This document shows, in pieces, positions 1 through 9,569 of a DNA stretch of 64,000 bases. The position numbers were made by a program, and so were the translations under genes. Origin of the DNA: Planctomycetota bacterium (GTDB taxonomy: Bacteria > Planctomycetota > UBA1135 > UBA2386). Position 1 is the stretch's first letter. Every line of letters starts with the position of its first letter. The stretch covers positions 3,552,001 through 3,616,000 of the forward strand of contig OZ245006.1 of the NCBI GenBank assembly GCA_965223545.1, in the 5' to 3' direction. Below the pieces are notes generated by a model, which was given only the letters and a program-made list of their open reading frames with translations, had not been told where the DNA came from and searched no databases.

Positions 1-1986
1 GCACTCGAGGGCGCGCGGCAGATCGGCTTCCCGATCCTGGTCGCCACGCTGACCACGATCGCCGGCTTCGCGCCGATGCTGATCGCGCTCGAGGGCGCGG
101 GCAAGGAGTACGTCTACAGCTTGCCGGTCGTGGTCAGCATCGCGCTGTCGCTCAGCTGGGTGCTGGCGATGTCGCTGACCACGGTCATGTCGTACTGGTT
201 GCTGCGACACGGCGGCGGCCGCGCTCCGCTCCCGTGGCTGGCCGATCGCATCCAGGCGCTGTGGCACCGCGTGCTGCGGCGCCCGGCGGCGACAGCGACT
301 GCCGAGGGCTCGTCCCTCTACGGCCGCATCTGCCAGCTGGCGATTCGCGGCAAAGTGGTCACCATCGGCTTGGCGGTCGCCGCCTTCGCGGGAGCCCTGT
401 GGCTCTTGGCGAGTGGTCGCATCGGCACGCAGTTCTTCCCCTCCGCGGTGCAGAGCAAGTTCGTCGTCGAGGTGTATCTGCCGGAAGGCACGACGCACGC
501 CGCGACCGATGAGAAGTGTCGCGAAGTGGAGGCCCTGCTCGCGGAGCTCGGCGGAGCACGCGCGGCGGAGGACGGCAGCGGAGCCGACAACGCGATCCTC
601 GACGTGCTGTCGTTCATCGGCAGCGGCGGCCCCCGCTACGAGCTCGGCTTCAACCCTGCTGACCCGGCGTCGAATTACGCGGCACTGCTGGTGCACGTGC
701 ACCGCGAAGCCGATGTCGCTCCCTTGGTCGAAGAGATGCGGCGCGTGGCCAACGCCCGGGTCGCCGGCGCCCGCATCCGCGCGATCGAGTTCGCCATGGG
801 ACCCTCGGTGTCCAACCCCGTCGGCATACGGATCGTCGGCCCCGGCTTCGCCGACCTGCAGACCATGCGCGCGATCGCCGAGCAGGCGCAGACGATCTTC
901 GACAGCAGCGACCGCCTGTGGGACGTCAGTCAGAGCTGGGGCGAGTACGGCCTGGAGCTGCGCATCGACGTCGACGAGGCGCGCGCCACGCCGGCCGGCG
1001 TGTCCAGCGCCGACGTCGCCCGCTCGCTCTCGGCCTACTACTCGGGCCGGCTGCTGACGACGTTTCGCGAGGGCAACCATCAAGTCCCGGTCTACTTCCG
1101 CTGGCGCCCCGAGGAGCGCCGCGATCTGGACGCCGTTCGCACCGACCCGATCGAGGGCATCGCCGGAAAGATCCCGCTCGACGCCGTCGCCAAGACCTCG
1201 CTCGAGCACGTCCCCGTCAAGCTCACGCGCCGCGACAACAACCGCATGATCGAGGTCAGCGGCCGGCCGACTCCGGGGCACCTGGCAAACTCCGTGTTCT
1301 TGGCCGACGTGTGGCCCGGGCTGCAAGGGCTCGCCGAGACCCTCCCCCCCGGCTACCGCATCGAGATCGCCGGCGAGCAGGAGGAGAGCGCCAAGGCACA
1401 GGCCAACATGGCGACGTCGTTCCAGATCACCCTCGCACTCCTGCTGCTCCTACTGGTGATCCAATACAACTCGCTGGCCAAACCCCTGCTGATCCTCATC
1501 ACCATCCCGCTGGCCACCACCGGCGCCTTCGTCGGCCTGTGGCTGTTCGGCGCGCCCATGGGCTTCATGGAGATGCTCGGCCTGCTCGCGCTGGTCGGCA
1601 TCGTCCTCAACGCCGCCATCGTCTACGTCGAGTTCGCCGAGATGGTCGTCGCCGAGCGCCGTGACAAGGGCGACGCCCCGGGCCGCTTCGCCGGCCTCAG
1701 CCGCCCCGCCTTCCGCGAAGCCCTGCGCCGAGCCGGCGAGCTCCGGCTCCTGCCGATCTCCCTGACCACGCTGACCACCGCCGGCGGCCTGCTCCCCCTC
1801 GCCCTCGACGGCGGCCCGCTGTTCGAAGGCATGGCGACCGCGATCACGTGTGGCCTGCTGCTCGGCAGCGTCATGACCCTGCTCGTGCTCCCCGCCTTGG
1901 TGGCGCTCTTCGTCGAGTGGTTCGGGCTCCGCCTCGCGCACACCGAGGAGGACGCCATCTCAGCCGCGGGCCTCGGGAATCAGTAG
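1..1986 (+). CDS. RND family efflux permease (AcrB/AcrD/AcrF), 5'-truncated by window
   Basis: Frame is open from base 1 (ALEGARQIGFPILVATLTT...). RND motifs GIVLNAAIV and RLLPISLTTLTT; multiple TM helices with a large periplasmic loop. Confidence 0.92.
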   Translation, partial: ALEGARQIGFPILVATLTTIAGFAPMLIALEGAGKEYVYSLPVVVSIALSLSWVLAMSLTTVMSYWLLRHGGGRAPLPWLADRIQALWHRVLRRPAATATAEGSSLYGRICQLAIRGKVVTIGLAVAAFAGALWLLASGRIGTQFFPSAVQSKFVVEVYLPEGTTHAATDEKCREVEALLAELGGARAAEDGSGADNAILDVLSFIGSGGPRYELGFNPADPASNYAALLVHVHREADVAPLVEEMRRVANARVAGARIRAIEFAMGPSVSNPVGIRIVGPGFADLQTMRAIAEQAQTIFDSSDRLWDVSQSWGEYGLELRIDVDEARATPAGVSSADVARSLSAYYSGRLLTTFREGNHQVPVYFRWRPEERRDLDAVRTDPIEGIAGKIPLDAVAKTSLEHVPVKLTRRDNNRMIEVSGRPTPGHLANSVFLADVWPGLQGLAETLPPGYRIEIAGEQEESAKAQANMATSFQITLALLLLLLVIQYNSLAKPLLILITIPLATTGAFVGLWLFGAPMGFMEMLGLLALVGIVLNAAIVYVEFAEMVVAERRDKGDAPGRFAGLSRPAFREALRRAGELRLLPISLTTLTTAGGLLPLALDGGPLFEGMATAITCGLLLGSVMTLLVLPALVALFVEWFGLRLAHTEEDAISAAGLGNQ

Positions 1987-2561
1987 CCGGCCTCGTTGAA
2001 AGCGCGGGCGAGGAGGTCCGACAGATTCAGCTCCGTAGCCCACGTCGAGAGTTGAGTTCGGTCGATGGAGGACGCCTGCGCTTTCAAGACTCCGAGCACA
2101 TCGCGCCACTGGCGATCCGACACCTCGCCGCCATCGCGGAACCAAGCGAGCTTCTGGATCACGATTCCCTCGGGCGCGGTCACGTCGAGCCCGCGCCCGG
2201 TGGCTGAGTCGATGACGAGCCGAACCCGATTCTGCCACTTCCACAGGTGCACTCCGGTCCACTGCGGGACGAAGACGTCGACGCGAGTGAGCGTGGGGTG
2301 ATGGATGAGCTGGAACGAACCTCGCCGACGGACTTCTTCGTCGATCCACTCGCGATCTCCGGTGAAGTCTTCGCCCAGCCTCTCCAGCCACGGTCCGAGG
2401 GCCTGCGCATCGAGATCCACGACGAGATCCACATCCAGGGTCGCTCGAGGCTCGCCGAGGGCAGTGCTCGCCAGAGACCCGCCGAGGATGTAGCGCACCC
2501 CCCCGGCCTCACACGCCTCCGCGACGAGGACCGCGAGCTCGAGGGGATCCGGCTCGCTCAC
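1980..2561 (-). CDS. Nucleotidyltransferase-like protein (MenT1/AbiEii-like putative toxin)
   Basis: LGGSLAS...EPRATLDVDLVV N-terminal motif and C-terminal IQKL...RQWRDV. The GTG at 2561 overlaps the upstream stop (GTGA). Confidence 0.75.
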   Translation of the reverse strand: MSEPDPLELAVLVAEACEAGGVRYILGGSLASTALGEPRATLDVDLVVDLDAQALGPWLERLGEDFTGDREWIDEEVRRRGSFQLIHHPTLTRVDVFVPQWTGVHLWKWQNRVRLVIDSATGRGLDVTAPEGIVIQKLAWFRDGGEVSDRQWRDVLGVLKAQASSIDRTQLSTWATELNLSDLLARAFNEAGY

Positions 2562-2827
2562 TCGCACCAGGCCTCGGCATCGGGGCCGAACGCGAGGACC
2601 ATGAGCTCGCGCCCGACGCGCAACGCACCAGCCCGACGAGACAGCTCCTCGTCGTCGGCCTCGGGAAAGCGGAGACGCAACCCCGCGACCGACAACCGGT
2701 GCAGCGCCCGAGAAGCCCGAGACGCGATCCGCAGCCGCTCGACCGGACTCATCGCACGAATCCGGTCGAACATCGCGCGATCCACCGACTCGGGAACGTC
2801 CCGCGCCTGCGATACGTAGGCACTCAC
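2558..2827 (-). CDS. Small helical protein, putative MenA1-like antitoxin
   Basis: MSPVERLRIA...GLRLRFPEADDEEL; coupled to the NTase gene. Start uncertain (GTG 2827 or up to 2896). Confidence 0.6.
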   Translation of the reverse strand: MSAYVSQARDVPESVDRAMFDRIRAMSPVERLRIASRASRALHRLSVAGLRLRFPEADDEELSRRAGALRVGRELMVLAFGPDAEAWCE

Positions 2828-2914
2828 GACGCCAACATACCGTACGGTGTCAGGCTCGATCTTCTCGCTTCGCGCGGACCGCTTCGGGCTCCGCACGCCT
2901 CGGATTCACACGGT

Positions 2915-3481
2915 TCAGTCGTCCGCGGCAAACTCGGCGCTCGAGATCCTCTCGACCCGCCCGAGAAACGGATTCTGCTGGCACAGCTCATCTTCGATGG
3001 CATCCACTGCCACGGGATCCGAGACACGGACCGCGATCTTGACGGTCGTGCCCGCGAGCTTCCTCGCAAACACCGCCGGCGGATCTCCCAGACACGGCCA
3101 AAGAGGATACTGGATCTCGGCGATCGTTGGCCCGGTGAAGTGCAGTCGGAGATACACCGACTGCAATGCAAGCGGCTCCCCAGCATCACTGCCGCCACCC
3201 ATCTTGCCCTCCGCCTCATCCGCAAACTTCGGGTCGACCTCCCACCCCTCGACGTACTCGGCGTACCCCGGTGCCACCCGAATCTCTCGCGCGGTTGCCT
3301 GCAGGATCTCTGCGAACTCGCGCCAATCATCGACACTCGCGGGACGAAACCGGGCCGCGGCCTGAAACACGACACTCGCTGGAAGGGACTCGCAGGCGAT
3401 CCGGACCGCATCCTCGACGGCGTTGCCGCGCCCTTGCGACTCGCCGAGAATCGCCGCCAACTTCTCCAGAGAGCTGGACAC
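2915..3481 (-). CDS. Hypothetical acidic protein
   Basis: 188-aa ORF with protein-like composition filling the gap, divergent from argS. Confidence 0.55.
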   Translation of the reverse strand: MSSSLEKLAAILGESQGRGNAVEDAVRIACESLPASVVFQAAARFRPASVDDWREFAEILQATAREIRVAPGYAEYVEGWEVDPKFADEAEGKMGGGSDAGEPLALQSVYLRLHFTGPTIAEIQYPLWPCLGDPPAVFARKLAGTTVKIAVRVSDPVAVDAIEDELCQQNPFLGRVERISSAEFAADD

Positions 3482-3587
3482 TTCTCAACCCGTCATACCA
3501 CTGCACAGGCACCACAACGCACCCTCGGCCAAAAGAACGCAACACGCTTGGCCCCGCCGCCCCCCGGCGCCACACTCCCCCACCCCC

Positions 3588-5324
3588 ATGGCCACCCAAC
3601 CGCCCGACCTCCTGGCCCATCTCGAGCAGCGCCTGCGCGCCCATCTCGGCGACGCCGGCGTCGATGCACCGATCGTGCTGCAGCCGCCGAAGGACCGCCG
3701 CCACGGCGACGTCGCGCTGGCGTGCTTTCCGATCGCCAAGCTGCGCAAGCAGCCCCCGCCCGCCGTGGCGCAGGAAATCGCGGCCGCGATCGACGCCGAC
3801 GCGCTGATCGCCAGCGCCGAGGCGACCGGGCCGTTCGTCAACTTCTGCTATGACCGCGCCGCGCTGGCGCGGGCGGTGATCGAAGGCGTGCTCGCCGGCC
3901 ACGCCCCGTACGGGCCCGCGGCCGACAACGGCACCACCATCGTCATCGACTTCTCCTCGCCCAACATCGCCAAGCCCTTCCACATGGGGCATCTGCGGTC
4001 GACGGTGATCGGCGCCGCTCTGTGCCGGATCCACCGGCACGTCGGCGCCACGGTGCACGGCATCAACCACCTGGGCGACTGGGGCGCGCAGTTCGGCAAG
4101 ATGCTGACCGCCTTCGAGGAATGGGGCTCGGAGGAGGCGCTCGAGGCCGACCCGATGGGGCACATGTTCGAGGTCTACGTGCGCTACGGCAAGGAAGTCG
4201 GCGACCGGCCCGAGCTCGCCGAGCGCAGCGCCGAGCACTTCCAGCGGTTGGAGAGCGGCGAGGACAACGACGAGCGGCGCATGTGGGAGCGGTTGCGCAC
4301 CGCGTCGCTGCGCGCGTTCCAGGGTCCCTACGATCGGCTCGGCGTGACGTTCGATCACGTCACCGGCGAGAGCTTCTACGAGGACAAGATGGAGGCCGCG
4401 GTCGCCGCCGTGCAAGCCGCCGGGGTCCTGGTCGAGAGCGAGGGCGCCGAGGTCGTCGAGCTCGAGGACCGGGGCATGCCACCCTGCATCCTGCGCAAGT
4501 CGGACGGCACGACGATCTACGCGACGCGCGACCTCGCGGCGATCTTCTACCGTTCGGCGACGTTCGCGTTCGACCGCGCGCTCTACGTCGTCGGCTCCGA
4601 GCAGAAGCTGCACTTCCGCCAGCTGACCGCCGTGCTGGAGAAGATGCAGCGGCCGGAGGCCACCCGCATCGAGCACGTGCCGTTCGGCCTGATCCTGTCG
4701 CACGACCCGGAGACCGGCAAGCGGCAGAAGTTCGCCACGCGCGGCGGCAACGCGATCTTCCTCGACGAGGTTCTCGACCAGGCGGTGGCGCGCGCCCGCG
4801 AGATCATCGCCGAGAAGAACCCCGACCTGGAGAATGCCGACGCGGTCGCCGAGCAAGTCGGCGTCTCGGCGATCATCTTCAACGACCTCAAGGCATCGCG
4901 GATCAAGGACGTCGTCTTCGATCTCGAGGCGATGACGCGCTTCGAGGGCGAGACCGGGCCCTACGTCCAGTACGCGGTCGCCCGTCTGACCAGCATCCTG
5001 GCGAAGGCGGGCGTCGATCCTGACGACACGTCGTTGCACGCGGACGTCGACTACGCCCAACTCGCCGACGCCGATGGCGTGCTGCTGTCGATGATGGAGT
5101 TCGGCACCGCCGTCGACCGCGCCGCGGCGCAGAGCGAGCCCAGCGTGATCACCACATTCGCGATCCGCGTCGCCGGTGAGATCCACAGCTACCTCCGCGA
5201 CCACCACGTGCTCGGCGCCGAGCCGGCCTTGCGCGACGCGCGCCTCGCCCTCGTCGCCGCCGCGCGCCGGCTGCTCAAGACGGCGCTCGGCTTGATCGGC
5301 GTGGCCTCGCCCGACCGGATGTAG
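3588..5324 (+). CDS. argS: Arginine--tRNA ligase
   Basis: DFSSPNIAKPFHMGHLRST (HIGH motif), NHLGDWG, KSDG-TIYATRDLA, FEGETGPYVQY. Confidence 0.97.
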   Translation: MATQPPDLLAHLEQRLRAHLGDAGVDAPIVLQPPKDRRHGDVALACFPIAKLRKQPPPAVAQEIAAAIDADALIASAEATGPFVNFCYDRAALARAVIEGVLAGHAPYGPAADNGTTIVIDFSSPNIAKPFHMGHLRSTVIGAALCRIHRHVGATVHGINHLGDWGAQFGKMLTAFEEWGSEEALEADPMGHMFEVYVRYGKEVGDRPELAERSAEHFQRLESGEDNDERRMWERLRTASLRAFQGPYDRLGVTFDHVTGESFYEDKMEAAVAAVQAAGVLVESEGAEVVELEDRGMPPCILRKSDGTTIYATRDLAAIFYRSATFAFDRALYVVGSEQKLHFRQLTAVLEKMQRPEATRIEHVPFGLILSHDPETGKRQKFATRGGNAIFLDEVLDQAVARAREIIAEKNPDLENADAVAEQVGVSAIIFNDLKASRIKDVVFDLEAMTRFEGETGPYVQYAVARLTSILAKAGVDPDDTSLHADVDYAQLADADGVLLSMMEFGTAVDRAAAQSEPSVITTFAIRVAGEIHSYLRDHHVLGAEPALRDARLALVAAARRLLKTALGLIGVASPDRM

Positions 5325-5326
5325 GC

Positions 5327-6736
5327 CTACCGCGCGGCGAGCTCTCGGCCCATCGCAGCGGTACGCTCCCTCAACTCGGCGAGTACCGCTGCCGACTGCG
5401 TCGCGCCCGCCAAGTTGCGCAGCTGCCGCGGATCACGCCGCAAGTCGTGCAGGAACTCGCCTTCCGCTCCCTGCTCGAAGTAGCGCGCGTACATCCACTG
5501 CTCGCCCCGCACCCCTTCCCACTTGGGGATGTCCGCGTGGTCGAAGCGATGCTCGCAGTAGAACTGACGCCGCCAAGAACGGACGGTCTGCCCTGCCACC
5601 AGCGATCGCAAGCTGCGCCCGGTCACTGCCGACGGAACCGCGATGCCGCAGTAGTCCAACACCGTGGGTGCGAGGTCGACGTTGAGCGCCATCTCCGCGC
5701 GCACGCGGCCGCGGGCCGAGACCGGCGCCCGCGGATCGTAGACGATCATCGGCACGCGCAGCGACTCGTCGAAGTGACTCCATTTCCCCGCCAGCCCCCG
5801 CTCCCCCATGTAGTAGCCGTTGTCTCCACAGAAGAGCACGACGGTGTCGCCCTCGACACCCAGCGCCGCGAGCTCCGCCGTGATTCTGCCGATCACGCGG
5901 TCCATCCCCGTCAGCAGCGCGAAGTAGCCGCGCAGATTGCGCTCGTATTTCTCCGGCGTGTCCCAGCGCCAGTGGTAGCGAATGCGGTTCATCGAGGCGC
6001 GCAAGAACGGCGGCAATGCGGCGAACACCTCGCCGCCGTCCAACGACGGCCGCGGCATCGGCACCCCGTCGTAGATCCCGGCCTCGGCGGGCGCGCTCGG
6101 ATAGTGATCGTCGAGATCCCCGTCCTGGGCATGCCCGGCGTTGAAGCTGACGGACAGACAGAACGGACGCCCCGCCGGCGTCGAGCGCAGGAACTCGATC
6201 GCGCGATCGCCGATCAAATCGGTGAGATGCCGTTGCAACCCATCCGGCAGGGTCTTGCGGTAGGGCATGTGCAACACGTCGCAGCGGTCGAACGCCTCCT
6301 CGACCCACCCCGGCTCCGTGCGCACCCCCAGCTTGCCGACGAAGCCGGTGACGTAACCCGCCCGCCGCAGCAACACCGGATACGAACGCGCCGCCAGATC
6401 GGCGCGCACCGGGGGGGTGCGAAAGGTGTATCCATGCCGGCGCTCGTGCATGCCGAGCAGGATCGAAGCGCGGCTCGCGGCGCAGATCGGCGTGGTGACG
6501 AACGCGTTGGCGAACCGCACGCCCCGGGCAGCCAGTCGGTCGAGGTGCGGTGTGCGCACGACGCGATGCCCGGCACACCCCAGCACGTCGGCGCGGTGGT
6601 CATCGGAAACCAACAGGACGACGTTGGGACGGCGAGCGACTCCGGGCGCTTCGCCAGCCGCCTGCTCGAACGCACATCCCGAGCCGAGCAGCGCTCCCAA
6701 CGCGCCCGCGATCCCAACGAAACCTCGCGCCACCAT
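5327..6736 (-). CDS. Sulfatase (probable lipoprotein)
   Basis: PNVVLLVSDDHR, FGly-type motif CAASRAS, GYVTGFVGK, DNGY...GKW; lipobox-like LGSGC. Confidence 0.93.
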   Translation of the reverse strand: MVARGFVGIAGALGALLGSGCAFEQAAGEAPGVARRPNVVLLVSDDHRADVLGCAGHRVVRTPHLDRLAARGVRFANAFVTTPICAASRASILLGMHERRHGYTFRTPPVRADLAARSYPVLLRRAGYVTGFVGKLGVRTEPGWVEEAFDRCDVLHMPYRKTLPDGLQRHLTDLIGDRAIEFLRSTPAGRPFCLSVSFNAGHAQDGDLDDHYPSAPAEAGIYDGVPMPRPSLDGGEVFAALPPFLRASMNRIRYHWRWDTPEKYERNLRGYFALLTGMDRVIGRITAELAALGVEGDTVVLFCGDNGYYMGERGLAGKWSHFDESLRVPMIVYDPRAPVSARGRVRAEMALNVDLAPTVLDYCGIAVPSAVTGRSLRSLVAGQTVRSWRRQFYCEHRFDHADIPKWEGVRGEQWMYARYFEQGAEGEFLHDLRRDPRQLRNLAGATQSAAVLAELRERTAAMGRELAAR

Positions 6737-6837
6737 GCCAAGGCTACCCGGCCGCGCACTGCGGGTCCCTGACGGCGCGCCGCGAAAAATCCGAAGAACC
6801 TCCGGCCACGCGGACGCCTCCTACTTCCACGAGGGGT

Positions 6838-7887
6838 ATGCGAACGACAGCACTACACCGTTCGGCGGGCCGCCTCGCCGCAGTCCTGGCCCTGGCCGCA
6901 ACCGGCGTCGCCCAGAAGTCGCCAGTCTTCAGCGACACGACGTTCTCCTTCGACCCGGCCGCCAGCCCCTACTGGTCCCACACGTTCTGCCAGACCGGCT
7001 TCGCGAACAACGCGACGTCGGGCCAGAGGCCCTTCGGGGCGGGCGGGCCGCTCTACCTGTGGCTGCGCCACGAGCACAACGGCCCCGTTTCGACCGTCGA
7101 GTCCGAACTCCAGGTGCGGCCGTGGAACGTCCCGCTGAGCGGGCGTGGCGTCCACCAGATCCGATTCCAGTGTGACCTGGCCCAGATCCAACCGCTCGTG
7201 GGCCCGGGCGGCGCCAGCCTCACGGTGATGCCCGCCGTATTCCAAGGCGGCATGACCTACGTGGGCCCCGGCGTGTCGACGGCGACGCTGCCGATCAACC
7301 CCACCGTGTGGCCGACCTACTGCGGGCTGGTCGCGCCGTGCGAGCTGATCCCCGCCCGGCTCAAGCGCTACAACCGTTGCGCCGGGGGCGTCGCACCCGG
7401 CAACCCCGACTTCAGCGCGAACGGCGGCACGCTCACCTTCGGGTTCGTGGTCAGCAGCACGTCGTCCGGGTTCACGGGCGGTGAGCTCGGGATCGACAAC
7501 GTGCAGATCACGGTGTTCTCGAAGCCGGCGGTCTTCGGCGTGGGGTGTGGCCCGAACGGACCGCTCACCATCACCGAGAGCGGCGTGCCGCGGCTCGGCG
7601 GCCGGGCCGACCTCGTCGTCGGCAACCTGGGGGGCATGACCGCCGGCGTCTTCGTGCTCGGCCTGCCGACCATGACGCCACAGCCGATCCCGTTCGCGCC
7701 GTTCTGCAACGTCGGACTGCTGCCGACCCCGCAGGCCCACGTGCCGTTCTCGACGGCGACGGGACGCGTGTCGTTCCCACTGCCGCCGCTCGCGGCGCCG
7801 TGGTGCCCGTCGGGCCAGGCATTCGCGCTGCCCGGCAGCATATCGCAGCTCGCGGCGTCGCCCCGCTACGACTACGCCTGGCGCTGA
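6838..7887 (+). CDS. Secreted protein with FGxGC-type C-terminal domain
   Basis: RBS GAGGGG before the ATG; signal peptide ending GVA-Q; beta-rich; C-terminal FGVGC...PRLGG...C. Confidence 0.75.
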   Translation: MRTTALHRSAGRLAAVLALAATGVAQKSPVFSDTTFSFDPAASPYWSHTFCQTGFANNATSGQRPFGAGGPLYLWLRHEHNGPVSTVESELQVRPWNVPLSGRGVHQIRFQCDLAQIQPLVGPGGASLTVMPAVFQGGMTYVGPGVSTATLPINPTVWPTYCGLVAPCELIPARLKRYNRCAGGVAPGNPDFSANGGTLTFGFVVSSTSSGFTGGELGIDNVQITVFSKPAVFGVGCGPNGPLTITESGVPRLGGRADLVVGNLGGMTAGVFVLGLPTMTPQPIPFAPFCNVGLLPTPQAHVPFSTATGRVSFPLPPLAAPWCPSGQAFALPGSISQLAASPRYDYAWR

Positions 7888-7898
7888 CGGCGCACTGC

Positions 7899-8885
7899 TC
7901 ACCGCGGCCGAGAGATCGTCGAGACCCCCTGGTCAACGAGATCGCGCACCGCCGGTCCCCACTCCGGAAAGCGAAACTCGAACCCCGCCTCCAGCAACCG
8001 CCGCGGGACGACGCGGCGGCTCTTCAACACGAGCTCTGTCTCGGTGCGCAGCAAGAGCGCGCCCAGTTCCAATAGCCAGCGCGGCGACGGCAGGTAGCCT
8101 CGCACGCCCCAGGCCGCGCGCAGTGCGCGCATGAAATCGGCGTTGGGCAGCGGGTGCGGCGCGGCGACGTTGATGGGCCCCGACAGCTGGTCGGTGGCGA
8201 TCAAGAAGTCCAGCGCCCGGGCGAAGTCGGCGCCGTGGATCCACGAGACGAACTGCCGCCCACTGGCCGCCGGGCCGCCGACCCCGCGCCGCACGAGCCG
8301 CGATAGGACGTCGAACACGCCGCCGCGGTCGGGGCTCATCGTCATCGCCGAACGCAGCAGGACCAACCGGGTCCCGTCCGGACAGGCCCGCACGGCGGCG
8401 TTCTCCCACTGGGTGGCGACGTCGACGCTGAATCGCCAAGACTGCGGCGCGGGCGCGTGGCCGGCACCGATCGTGCCGTCGACGTCGTCCTGCGGCGCGT
8501 CGAAGCGGTGGTCGTAGATCGTCGCGGTCGCCGCCTGCAGCCACACCGGCGGCGGCCGGCGGGCGGCCGCGATCGCGCGGCCGACGGCGAGCGTGGAGCG
8601 CAGCCTCGAGTCGAGGATCTCCTGCCGGCTCCGGCGGGTGTAGCGGCAGTCGACGCTGCGGCCGGCCAGGTTGACGACGACATCCGCGCCGTCCACCTCG
8701 GCCGTCCACGCACCCGGGGTGGCACCGTCCCAGGCCACGGACCGCACTCCGCGAGGCGGCCGGCCGGTCCGGCCGCCACCTCGGCTCAGGATCACGACCT
8801 CGTGCTGCTCACCCCAGTGCCGGGCCAGCAGGCCGCCGATCTGGCCGCTGCCCCCGGGAATCACGATCTTCGCCACGGACGCCAC
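7899..8885 (-). CDS. TIGR01777/YfcH-like NAD-dependent epimerase family protein
   Basis: GGSGQIG Rossmann motif, VVNLAGRSV, SGRQFVSWIH, SRRVVPRRL..AGFEFRFP. Confidence 0.92.
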   Translation of the reverse strand: MASVAKIVIPGGSGQIGGLLARHWGEQHEVVILSRGGGRTGRPPRGVRSVAWDGATPGAWTAEVDGADVVVNLAGRSVDCRYTRRSRQEILDSRLRSTLAVGRAIAAARRPPPVWLQAATATIYDHRFDAPQDDVDGTIGAGHAPAPQSWRFSVDVATQWENAAVRACPDGTRLVLLRSAMTMSPDRGGVFDVLSRLVRRGVGGPAASGRQFVSWIHGADFARALDFLIATDQLSGPINVAAPHPLPNADFMRALRAAWGVRGYLPSPRWLLELGALLLRTETELVLKSRRVVPRRLLEAGFEFRFPEWGPAVRDLVDQGVSTISRPR

Positions 8886-8890
8886 TCATG

Positions 8891-8982
8891 TTTGAACATG
8901 TTCATATTGACAGTCGACCACATCCCGTGGGGCCTGTCTCCGTTTTTTCGAACTTGTTCAAATCGAGGTACCCGAGGGCCCG
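8891..8982. repeat. ~90-bp imperfect direct repeat, copy 1, with two GAAC-N2-GTTC palindromes
   Basis: TTTGAACATGTTCATATTGACAGTCGACCACATCCCGTGGG matches 18464-18504 at 32/41 positions; second block TTCGAACTTGTTCAAATC...CGAGGGCCCG matches 18516-18551. Confidence 0.8.
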
Positions 8983-9080
8983 CCCTCTGGACCTCGGCGC
9001 ACCGCATGAGAACCCCGTTGGGGCGCTCCTCTCGCAACGGATCGCGCGCCTGTCGGTAGGCTGCAGCTCGCCGGGCGCGA

Positions 9081-9404
9081 TCAGCTACCGAACAGCCAAC
9101 CGAGAAGGCGTCTGAACCAACCCTGGCGCGGCACGGCGGATTCTCGCTCCCTGTCCGCCTGCTGCGCGCTGTGTGCAGCGCCCTGGTCGGCCGCGTCTTC
9201 TCGCTCGGTGATCTGCAGCTCGCCAGCTTCCAGTTCACCGGTCTCGGGCTCGGAGACTGCCGGCTCGCTCGGTTGGGCCGGTGCACCCAGGTCGAGTTCG
9301 TCCAGCGCGTCCTCGAACCGACGTGGGTCGGATGCCGCAGCCGCCGTCTCGTCGAAAGTTCGCGTTGGTTGGGTCGCCTGCCACGCCGCCTCGAGCTCGT
9401 CCAT
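9081..9404 (-). CDS. Acidic small protein with C-terminal amphipathic helix
   Basis: RBS GAGGGAGAG before the ATG; ends GWFRRLLGWLFGS. Confidence 0.55.
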   Translation of the reverse strand: MDELEAAWQATQPTRTFDETAAAASDPRRFEDALDELDLGAPAQPSEPAVSEPETGELEAGELQITEREDAADQGAAHSAQQADRERESAVPRQGWFRRLLGWLFGS

Positions 9405-9569
9405 GCTCTCCCTCGTCAGTGAGCTTGTAGAGATCAGGTCGGCAGATCGGGCCGTCGGCCTGATCCGGGAAGACCTGGAGCTGGGGACCGCAATGCTGAG
9501 CCTGCACTGCCACCGAGCCGACGCGCTCGCGGACTCTTTGGGCCAACGCCGACCACGCCGGACGAATCG

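Noticed and set aside
3327..5207. 626-aa minus-strand ORF, and similar long overlapping ORFs (e.g. 39519-42371, 41585-43930, 35630-38128, 24360-26528)
   Set aside because: Antisense or alternate-frame shadows of well-supported genes, expected at high GC; Arg/Gly-rich with no motifs.
8893..8960. GAAC/GTTC palindromes as LexA (SOS) boxes
   Set aside because: The spacing is N2, not the N4 of the Gram-positive-type box, and the flanking genes are not SOS genes.
8861..9286. Protein-coding explanation for the 8.9/18.5 kb repeat (MWSTVNMNMFK versus VWTNVDMNLFK)
   Set aside because: The two conserved blocks are 56 versus 52 bp apart, which breaks the frame, so a DNA-level element fits better.
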